From Tubulanus polymorphus (taxonomy: Eukaryota > Animalia > Nemertea): DNA of 64,000 nt. The notes beneath the pieces were generated by a model. That model worked only from the letters and a program-made list of their open reading frames with translations. It was not told the origin of the DNA and searched no databases. Shown here one piece after another: positions 12,301 to 64,000 of this stretch. Where the stretch lies: the NCBI RefSeq assembly GCF_964204645.1, contig NC_134035.1:11750451-11814450 (forward strand), written 5' to 3'. The position numbers and the translations under genes are program-made. Numbering within the stretch: position 1 is the first letter of the stretch; every line of letters begins with the position of its first letter.

Positions 12301-13619
12301 CTCTCTTCTGGTGACGCCTGTTTTTAATATATTTCAATGGTCCATTAATGGATTTTGACAACTTTGGCAACGTTCCGACCGTGTAAATCTAAAAAAAATC
12401 ACCCTAACAAAATGGCGGTTAATAACTGTGAAATGGTTAAAACTGATTTTGCCTCAGTTGTATTCGAAATTCCTTCGCGAGTGATTTGCGGTTACGTTCA
12501 CTTCTGAGCCCTCAGATCGCGGTGCTATTCCCTAGAATCTATTATCTCCAATACTACAACACGAGAATCAAATTCTGGTTTTTAAAGTTACCATGCATCT
12601 CAAGATCGTGGTAGTCATCTTCAAGTGATGATACGTATTATTAATTAATTATTTCAGAGTTCTACTATGGATTTGGGACTGATTATAGCTCTGGCGCTGG
12701 TTGGAGCTGTCGTTTTAGGCACCATGATCGGACTCGTCGTTTATTTCGCCAAGTTCCGCAACGCAAAAGGTGCGTATTCGATAAATCGAAATATTTCTTT
12801 GTAGAGAAATAATTCTACATGTTTCTTTGTTCGTTTTTGCGTTCTTGCACTCTTATTTGCATGTAATACATATATACACACTAAGAATTATGACTCGACA
12901 CGGTACCATACCAAACAATTGTCTTTATATCAGTCTATTTACTTCTGAGTGGTTCCTAAGATGATATCAAAGATGATTTCGGATAATTCAATGTTGAATA
13001 TACTTTTTTCCATTTTTTAGGAAAATTCATGCAAGACGAATATATCCATCAACAATACAATAAGTCGTCGAACAATCGAAATGATAGCATAGTGTCACTT
13101 GCGGTACAGCGTGTCGCAACGTCGCCGGTCCACTCATCTTCGAAAATTGTTTCCGACAGTTTACCGAGTATGATCCTCGAGACTGACGGTCCTGCGCACC
13201 CGGTCCAACAAGGCGGTATCGACGGTGAAAGCTCGCATCGGGTAAACGCACGCAACGACAGTTCCATCTATACCATCAACAACGACCGGATCAAACACCC
13301 ATCCGAAATACCCCTCGACCTCGACGCGACCTACCATCACTGCAACAAGCTCGCCCCGATCGAACAGTTTCCGGAACCTCCGAAACCGTTCTTGCCGCTC
13401 GGCGACACCAACGCGCAGAGAAAACTCGGAAAACTACCGGCCATTCCCAGATCGCCGAATCCGAACGAGTTCCGGCAGACGAGCGCGACCAACGGGGTTC
13501 CGTCTCCGCGTCCGAACACAAAACTGAAGGCAAAGTTTGAACACGACTCACGCAACACTAGCGTGGCGTCGTTACGTTCAACAGCGAGCACGCCGTCCAA
13601 TATGACCCCGATAGAATAA
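310..13619 (+). CDS. PKHD1L1: Fibrocystin-L (PKHD1L1)-like protein, paralog A; 5'-partial, last 21 coding exons (beta-helix, second G8, beta-helix, furin site, Ig-like, SEA-like, TM, ~205-aa tail)
   Basis: Exons, all GT-AG and phase-consistent: 310-672, 990-2479, 2971-3136, 3420-3671, 3934-4197, 4413-4661, 5114-5287, 5675-5908, 6375-6671, 6931-7088, 7423-7564, 7652-7765, 7985-8150, 8435-8673, 9005-9253, 9458-10326, 10757-11131, 11243-11642, 11973-12148, 12658-12769 (TM), 13021-13619 (TAA). Motifs characteristic of PKHD1L1: [73 protein letters not shown]. Confidence 0.93.
4969..5009 (+). ncRNA. Minimal hammerhead ribozyme (Penelope-like element type)
   Basis: CAC-CTGATGA-A-GCTTCTA-ttcat-TAGAAGC-GAAA-GC-TC-GTG: intact core, 7-bp stem II, stem I CAC/GTG and palindromic AGCT in place of stem III. 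AATAAA follows at 5015. Confidence 0.75.
5346..5477. repeat. Diverged ~135-bp TIR element; related copies at ~17066-17205 and ~38816-38952
   Basis: Shares CA(A/G)TTGCA-AGTC-T-ACTTGAGTCCA-AA--TGGT-TTAAATC with the 38816 copy and a TGACT-TGGAAC right end with the 17066 copy. Confidence 0.5.
7204..7242 (-). other. Degenerate hammerhead-like motif related to the 26662-26703 copy
   Basis: Minus strand TGTACGATGGTCTCTAGAGAGAATCCGAAACGTAGATC resembles CTGACGATGATCTCTAGGGTGAGATCGAAACGTCGTGTC. Confidence 0.4.
8195..8306. mobile_element. ~110-bp MITE, TIR GGTTTTATAGACTGGTATTA
   Basis: Perfect 20-bp inverted repeat, with a central motif related to the 33633 MITE. A solo end lies at about 59537-59559. 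Confidence 0.7.
10577..10698. repeat. Dispersed intronic repeat; related copy at ~20985-21090
   Basis: Both copies share ATTGATGACGT..GTAGTGCACATC..TATTGTTACGGTTTTTA-GG--TCAAA. Confidence 0.55.
12236..12428. repeat. MITE-like inverted-repeat element
   Basis: AGCCGCCATTTTGGTGGGGGTAATTTT pairs with AAAATCACCCTAACAAAATGGCGGTT. Confidence 0.55.
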
Positions 13620-15054
13620 ACTCAGTTAAACATATCATGAAATGCGGTTAATATTCGCTTTAAAACTACTAAGGGAATTGTATCATTGCTGCTGCTTTTG
13701 AATTACGGGTTTTATGAGTGTTTTCTATTAATGTATCGAAATACCTAAATTAGCCGAAAACTAGAATGATACTAAGCCCTTGTAACGTACATAAGATATG
13801 AAAGCCCTTAAGCCTAGTGCACGCAACAAGAAAAACCTCGAAACAAGGAACAGTTTTTCTGTTCGTGGGTTTCGAAGTGAGCGGTTCTCCCGCTTCGCGC
13901 ACAGATAAGAATCATGAAACACACGATAACATAAGATAAGATTTGCACTCACCACTCGTTAGTGGTACATAGAGGATTAAAATGTTAAATGACTTTAAAG
14001 AGAAAATAAAAGTAATATTCTCACACCGAACAAACCTTCAGCGCCACACTAAGCGATGAGATAAAATGGCGGTGACTTATCATGTGATCCGCTTGTTGAT
14101 TATGACGTGTCTGTTATTTTTAGACTCTGATATAGCACACAACGATTAGAACACGGTTTCCCGTTTTGGAAGATTAAAACGTCAATCACTTTTAAGAGTA
14201 TTTCTTGTTTCGGGCACGGTCGCACGACGTTTCTGTTTTAACGTTCCGTGTTTATTTCACCCTGTTTGCGTTAGGCTTTCTGTTGTGGTTTTGTGCAGTC
14301 TGTTAGAACCATTATATTGTCATACGCTTTCCGTGATCGATTAGTTAATAAAACTACAGTGAATACGTAAATGACTTATTCTTCCAGTCCAGGGGTTACT
14401 GTTTAGGTAGGGTAACAATCAGTTGGTAATTTCTATTGCCCGAATAGTTCCAGAAAGTGACACAAATCTAACGGCCGTCGAAAATTTAGCACGACATAAT
14501 TCTATTAAACTATGGGTCTGGCGTACAGACTTAAAACGATGTTGTTAGTTACATTGGCAGTTAAAAGATAAAAACTAAATACCTATATTTCATAATAAAT
14601 CCTGCATAAACTGCATAATGATTTGTTATATTGTTGTGTCTTGCTTGTAGTCTTTGTGGTTCCGTTCGCATGATCTCACCGCGTGGTAATAAAATATTGC
14701 ACAAATGTTTAGAAACATTTCTGAAGAATCTTTAAAAATACTTGTTTTGATAAGTCACACAGTCTAGTTTTTGATTTGTTATACTCGATACTTTTAAGGC
14801 ACAAACTGTGACATATCGAGTATGATCGTGAACGTTGGTTTTGAAGTCTATATCTATTGAAAACATTTGTTTTTAACACTTTTCTCGTTACGGAATTTTG
14901 TATTTGCACCGTATAGTCCTATAGTTTAAATCGTTATTTATATATAAAGTAATGAAGTGCTTTTCTGTGAAAAAATAAACAAATGAATTCTATAAACAAT
15001 CGTTGTGTTTATTTGAATTGAAACCCACAATTATATAGAAAAACTATAAGAGTA

Positions 15055-15099
15055 TGTGTAACGTTTCGACTCAAATGCTATGAATCATTATCAAAACAG
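15055..15099 (-). other. Degenerate hammerhead-like motif
   Basis: Minus strand reads TGTT-TTGATAA-T-GATTCA-tagcatt-TGAGTC-GAAACGTT-ACACA. The core has two substitutions; AATAAA lies downstream. Confidence 0.45.
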
Positions 15100-15996
15100 A
15101 TTTTGATTTCAATTTATTGAATGCACAAATTAAATCCGTCTTAGAAATAGATCATATCATTTGAGTCCACGTTCAAACTACTCTCATCATTAATATCGTT
15201 CATCAGGTCGAACTACTTAAGTCGTCATACCTGGGATGATCATTTCGTCGACGATTTATAAACATGACGACAGTATTAGTAAACTTCATGAATAGAAACA
15301 AAATGTTCACCAAAAATTAAGACGTCAAATGACGAGTTAAGCGGTGACAGATGGGATAGTTTTAATAATCAATAATTGATTACGCAAAATGAAACTCTTT
15401 TTTGGTAAATGATTCACGCATTCCTCTATTAATTACATTCGCCGTTTATCGATAAATTCCTTTGTCCCCTTGTACTCGCGGTGTCAAAATTCAGGAAATG
15501 GTTTTCAATAGATCTAAAAATACGAATACTTGGTAGTTCGTTAATGAAAAGTAGGTTTATGTTGTGACCGTAATATCTTCAAAACACCTTTTGACTCCGC
15601 AGGAAAATTTACCGCGCTGTCGACATAAATCAGGCGACCAATTGTGCTGATGTTAACATTTCACACTCAAAAAAGTTTTGTTATGTTCGTAATGAAGTGA
15701 GACTTTCGAGCAGACAAAATATTTTCATAATTTGGTTCTGTAAGCAGCAGGCGGTCTCTAATCTCATTGGCTTGAAGTTATTGGGGTTTTTTCGCTTCTA
15801 TTACGGTCATAGGCTACTCGCGAATCAGCGGTCGAGCCAGTTGTTGATTATCGAATATTATCCAATATCGAAGGAACGATATTTGTGGAGCAGCTTGACA
15901 TGCGAATTAACGAGGTTTAAGTCAGTAGCCGTTAAACCTTTAGGAACGAGGAAAGGTGGTCTCTCTCTCATCAGAAAGGTCGATCTTCACCTGTAG

Positions 15997-54641
<38,645 letters not shown>

Positions 54642-55140
54642 TGCAATGAATTTTGACTTACTTTCCTTACAAACGAACAAGAATAACAATTTCCTGTAAT
54701 CATAAAATGTTGGACGACAGAAATTATGGCCCTATACTTAATATTTCGGTATACATAACACACTACGTATTAATAGCGCAGGCGCGGCCAAAATTCGGTT
54801 CCAGGTTGTGGAATTAGTGCTCGTTCAATGATATGCTTCACATTCGCTTTTTTAGTATTTCAAAAACTATCAATATTCATCAACAACGATCTAGAAATAT
54901 ATGACTCAGATTATGTGACTATTTACTAATTACCAACATATAAACACCATTTGATAATTAACACTTTAGTTAATCGAAATGAGTTCATCTGTCTGTATTT
55001 AATCACAACAATGTTATATGTTGAACGTTGAAGATACATATTTTTCTATCGCTATAAATCAATTCTTCGGTTCAGGGAACATCGTCCCCACGCCCCCTAG
55101 CGTTAACTTGAAGGTATCGCAGCACCAGCGATAGGATTGT

Positions 55141-55298
55141 AATGGACACTAGGGGTAAAGGATGTGTTGGTGTTCGACAAGGATCCGCACTGGTTCAAGA
55201 GAGGCTTCAGGAAACCCATACAGATAACGATCCACCACCCTACCCTAAATCGAGACGGTAGTCGATGCCAGTCGCTCCCTCTTTGGGACAATTCACTA
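55141..55298 (+). mobile_element. Penelope-like retroelement remnant (GIY-YIG endonuclease C-terminus)
   Basis: Translation KDVLVFDKDPHWFKRGFRKPIQITIHHPTLNRDGSRCQSLPLWDNSL fits the recalled PLE C-terminal pattern ILD-E--WF-RG-KEAIYI----P-LNRDGGR--L---WD. Confidence 0.7.
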
Positions 55299-56439
55299 GA
55301 TGCACGCGCATATATCTTTCCATATATCGAGTCCTATTGGCTGCTTACAGTGTGCAGGCAACACTACAAAGGCCGCGGCCCCGTCATGAGGTTAAATGAA
55401 AAAGGGTTAGTCTTGGGAAACCAAGATCCAAGCGACGTAAAGGCAAACAAACAAACCTATTGTTCTGATGGCTTTGCAATAGACAGTTCTGAGTGAGTTT
55501 TTTTATTTGTGTGTATTTTTAACGGTCAACATCAAACTACATTCGAAATAATTACTTATTCGTTATGCATTAACATCTATATATAAAGATGAATGCTATA
55601 CTTGTGTGAGATCTAACCAACTATTATCGATTTTCACGATACTACACGTATTTACTAGTTTCTAAAATCATTGCTTTTTCGACAAATCGCGTGCAAAGTT
55701 CGATGCATTGTTTAATTCTCAAAAGACAAAATGGCTACCAAACTTTTCCATGATTCCTAACGATCCCGCGTCCTAGGTCCCATCGTATGATTTACGACAT
55801 GTATTCATTCACGCCTAAATGGTGCTATTTCAGCAGTGTCTGACGTGTGGATATGAATGTCGAGTAATTACTCGAAATGGCGCTACAAAAATGTTAAGCA
55901 ATTCGTTTTGTAAACATTTATTTATTACCTGTTGTTCTTGTTAAAATCCGTTTATCAATTTGTGTTCTTGCAGTTTAAATCTTTTTCTAGTTTCGCTTTA
56001 TATTTTTGTTGACACGTCGTGAATACTTTTAGAAAATGTATTATAACCATGTTTGTATACATCCATATTTATCTCTAATAAATTATAGCAAATATAAAGT
56101 CAGCGAATTATTTGTTGGTTTCTGTAACAATTGGACGCGACGGAATTCCTCAACGGCGCTGAATTTTCACATCATCATCGGTAACATGAATATTTGGAGA
56201 GATAGTTTTCTGAAATGTCCATTATAGGGCTCCGTTCACTTAGACGTCCCCTGCCTCGTAAAACCGTGCCTCTTCGGGTCATCTTTCGAGTCTCTTATTT
56301 TCGCTTCGACTGCAGACCTATCCGATCAGTGAACCCTTTTATGCGCAAATTTACAACGATCTTATCTCGAATCTGTTCCGTTTGGAAAATTGATGAATAT
56401 AGTTTTTCGTTGCTCGTTTCGATATTCGTACGAAACGTG

Positions 56440-57666
56440 TCATTTAGATTGTTCACGTTTCTTTTTCGCGTACTTCTCGTCGTGTTTCTTGTCGCTCTTT
56501 ATCTCAGACGATAGCCTCACTTTCACTCGACGCCCGTTAAGCCACCTGCGAAACAAAAATGATCCGATGAAATATGTCACGATGCAAAGAAATAACTTCG
56601 TTGAATATTTAGCAGATACATAATCCGCAGTCTGCGCTGACCCCACGGACAATCGGCACTATAGTAGCTTCGATGATTGAAATTGAATACACAAATTGAT
56701 TAACACGACCGTTTTTACTACTTAAGAAATATATCTTAGACATCATCCTTCACACTGTCGAGAATTCCCACTACAATACAATGGTGAATTACTTATTCTA
56801 TTCATAAAGCTGTGTTCTAACCCGCAATGGCGGGTATTCGCCCCAGCTTCAATGAGGGCAATGCACTAAACCTCGCCTAACTCGGGCAAACTGCGAACCG
56901 GCAAAATTGGTCCGAGTGAACGGTCGAAAAATACGTTACGAAATCATAAAATGATTTTGCTGTTGTCCTTAACGAAGATAACAGCGTAAGGTTATAACTT
57001 TAAAAAATGGTTTGATACATACCTTCCGTTTAGCGCTTTCGACGCCTGTTCCGCTTCTTCCTCGCTGGAAAACTCGACGAATGCAAATCCCGACGGACGC
57101 CGTGATATCCAGATATTACTAACCGTACCGTGCGGACAACATAAATCAGCTATTTCCTGTAAGTGATACGGTATGCAAAGAGATCTTAATAATCAGAATA
57201 AGATGGGCCCGTTTACATAGAATAACGTAAAGTTTTTGAGTCATTAGCGCAATACTGATGCATAGTAAAGCCTATACTTAGATGATAATTACTTATTACA
57301 CGAACAAAATTCATTTATCCATAATGAAATCATTGATACCACCGTTAGAGCGTGATAGTAATGCTATCAGCCGCTCCAGACAACTTGTTTGATTAACAGA
57401 TGTGTTTTAGGGTTAAATTTTGAATTTATCGATTTGAAAGCCCGAAAATGTATTTGAAGCTACAATGATGTCTGAAGACGTTCAGCGCCGAGGTTTGAGG
57501 ACATTGAATTCACCGTGATGACAAACGTAACGGGTACCTCGTAGCAACTTAAAAATCTGATCTGTATAAATCAATATACCTGTTTTATAGCGCCCATACC
57601 GAGATCGCCGATATAGATTCTGCAACTGATATTCCACGGTATCAAACGACGTTTCTCCGAAGCCAT
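56440..57666 (-). CDS. Single-RRM RNA-binding protein, SRSF3/SRSF7/RBP1-like RRM with a short Lys-rich tail (108 aa)
   Basis: Minus-strand exons 57666-57580 (MASEKRRLIPWNISCRIYIGDLGMGAIKQ), 57156-57023 (EIADLCCPHGTVSNIWISRRPSGFAFVEFSSEEEAEQASKALNG) and 56545-56440 (RWLNGRRVKVRLSSEIKSDKKHDEKYAKKKREQSK*). Junctions are GT-AG and in frame. RNP2 is IYIGDL and RNP1 is SGFAFVEF, resembling SRSF3 KVYVGNL and WVARNPPGFAFVEF. Confidence 0.85.
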
Positions 57667-59242
57667 CACACACTGCTGATCGATGCGTCGAACAATTACC
57701 TTTCAATTAAGCCAATTAAAAGAAGTCCTGATAACTTTTCAGATCATCAGACACCACAGAACAGATTTAACCTAATGAAACATTGCTAACTGCCATGCCC
57801 TATCTACTTGCTACAGATGGTAACATCTGTGACGAGTTTGCCCAGCTGTATTCGTTTGGTCACTGCGCGCGTTAATGTGTTATAGATATTTGTAAAGTGC
57901 GACAGAATGCGCCAGAATTTGAGGGTAAATAATTCTTTTGTCAAAGCTCAGAAATCGGAACTAGTTGTGTGTGAATAACAACCAGTCTCTCAAAATCAAC
58001 GTCAAAAGTTCAATATCGACGTCAAGCAGAAATTCTATTTGAATCACACTTTCGAGGATTAGAATTTTTAGACGTATCACACGTATCATTTAGATGTGTT
58101 CAGGCAGTCTGTTTATTTTATTTGTGTATATTCAAAAATATATTCGTCATTTAATATTCGTCATTTATTCAGTACTATTTGTACTATAAGTAAAATACAA
58201 AAAACGGCCATTGGACCGGTAGAAATCGCCACTACGGTCACTAAGGGAATAAAATGCCATTTCTTTGGGTTTTTATTGAAACAATGTAAACTGTTTACGC
58301 CCTTGGGACATTCTATGCGTATTCCCTCCCATGTATGCCAAATTTGACTGTAAGTGCCGCGGCTAAAGAAGATTAGGTGACAAACGCGACCTTCAATATT
58401 AGTGTGATGAACGATTAGAAACGGTTGTAGTCGCGGAACATCTGCAAAATGCTCTTATCATCATCAGTAATGAGCAGACTGCGGTCGATTACCACAAATC
58501 CACCAGTAGACGCAAACCGAGCGAAATCCACTATTTCATGCACACGTATATATATATTCTTTATACTTGAACATTTTTCCCCGCGCATGGATGTAATAGC
58601 AATGGGTATATATATGAATGAAGAGAAACCACTCGCCACAAACATATGCTATTGATATTAAGCAGGTGACTAAACATAACATCACGAATACTGGAAAGGC
58701 TTTGACTTAATCATAATTTGGCCCTGCTGCATAGGACCTGCTGTGTGCATTTATGGTAAGTGTGACATTCCGATGATCAAATCGTTCCTCGAAAGTATGA
58801 AAGTCGACATTATTTTATTCTTGTCGTTCGAGATCAGTCCAATGCAGGGATGTTTCCGATATCCAAAAATCTGGCGTGTTCTTCAAAGCGATGCGTTGAG
58901 CTGGATACTGCTGTGATATTGTTTATCGAGTCGCAGTTGCAAATTTGATAGATTCTATATTCGCGATAGTTCCACTCGTGGTATTCACGGAGGTTTTGAG
59001 TGCCTCCAGTAGAAACAAAATCGCGATATAACTTCGATTCAGACGCCGCTTTGAATATCGTAGACTCTGATTGTAAATCCCCGTAAAAGCCTACGTGATA
59101 TCACACGAAATATGAAATCAAATTACTGTCGACTGAAAAAATCGAATTTCGAATAATCATTTCTATCTAATTCTATTATCGTTAAGCGCGTCGACTGTTT
59201 TTGTTTTTGTTATAGTAATCGCCGCAGCGCTCTCAAACACTG

Positions 59243-63079
<3,837 letters not shown>

Positions 63080-63602
63080 CTCAGAACGAATTAATAATAA
63101 TATTGTTTTGAGTTTAAGAAGAGTAAAAGACGGTGTTTTCTTCTTTGATATCTAAACTTCGAGCCAACTGTAGCGGCTTTTGACAGACATCCCGGGTATT
63201 TTTTTGTGACATTAATAGACCAATTGTCCTATCAGTATCACGATTAATCATGAATAATTATCGCTATTCATTAGTTACGGGAAAGATGGACTTTTGACTT
63301 AGACTTGAATACATGGAAATTGATGATCCGCAATAATTTTCATCTTTAGTCCTCATTTTTAGCGGAAATTGTATTACCACGTAAAATTCAATGCAGGAAG
63401 ATAATCCTTCACCGCCAGATGACAATATTTAACCTCCAACCAATTCGAATACCGCGATTCACCGAAGCCCGCATAAAACACTGCGGTCTGAATGGTCATA
63501 TCCGAGGATGTTCGAAGAAGGAAGTAAATACGGGTGATATCGTATAAAAAAGCCCGTTACCGAGAGATATCCCTTATTTGACGGTGTATTAGTATCACTG
63601 TA

Positions 63603-63916
63603 ATGATGAGGTTGATAGTAGCAGCAGTTTTTGCGCTCGTTGTACTGACTGCATCATGCGGTTCAAGTAAAGGTAAGCGATTTTAAGTTTATCGCAACAC
63701 TAAGGATAGAGGTTTATTGAAATTCTTCTATTAATGTAGATGAAATCTAATATTTCAACTTATTCTTATTCCCTACCTCGTATTTACAGTGCAGAAAAGC
63801 TGCATTGAATCTCGTAGAGGGGGTCTGGAGGCAACTCGTCGAGGTATGATGGGCGCTTTCGTTCCGAAATGTGACGCAGATGGATCTTTTTCAGCCGTTC
63901 AGCGCAGGGGATCCGC
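63603..63916 (+). CDS. Secreted thyroglobulin type-1 domain protein (thyropin/equistatin-like); 3'-partial
   Basis: Exon 63603-63672 encodes a signal peptide (MMRLIVAAVFALVVLTASCGSSK). Exon 63790-63916 encodes VQKSCIESRRGGLEATRRGMMGAFVPKCDADGSFSAVQRRGS, which contains the Tg1 signature G-FVP-CD-DG-F--VQ. The gene continues past the window end. Confidence 0.8.
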
Positions 63917-64000
63917 GTGAGTATATTCTAATACTTTTCCACATCGGAATCAAAATTTTACAAGTTATTTTCTAGTAAGGACCAACGATTTTTCTATCAT

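Noticed and set aside
15700-15996. CCAAT-like boxes as the paralog B promoter
   Set aside because: The location is plausible, but the motifs are too short to call without TSS data.
56215-56514. 99-aa hydrophobic plus-strand ORF
   Set aside because: It is antisense to the purine-rich last exon and 3' UTR of the RRM gene, with no supporting motif.

Overview
This is eukaryotic (invertebrate metazoan-type) genomic DNA with AT-rich spliceosomal introns and CpG-rich exons; the supplied ORF track is mostly exon fragments and shadow ORFs. I reconstructed exons by hand from splice sites and frame continuity and found five genes. (A) The last 21 exons of a fibrocystin-L/PKHD1L1-like gene (310-13619, +). 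(B) A complete tandem paralog of 61 coding exons and about 4,560 aa (15997-54641, +). (C) A 3-exon SRSF3/7-like RRM gene with no RS domain (56440-57666, -). (D) A secreted VWA-like protein with a degenerate MIDAS and a glycosylated insert (59243-63079, +). (E) The start of a secreted thyroglobulin type-1 domain protein (63603 onward, +). Both fibrocystin-L paralogs have an extra membrane-proximal SEA-like module with a GS motif and about 200-aa cytoplasmic tails, but they differ in furin sites, TM segments and tails. Introns and intergenic DNA hold Penelope-type minimal hammerhead ribozymes, a Penelope GIY-YIG remnant, an L2 LINE 3' end with a matching CORE-like SINE (one copy nested in a MITE), several MITE families with TSDs, and a 362-bp (TA)n tract that itself forms a splice acceptor. 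All family assignments come from recalled motifs, not database searches.
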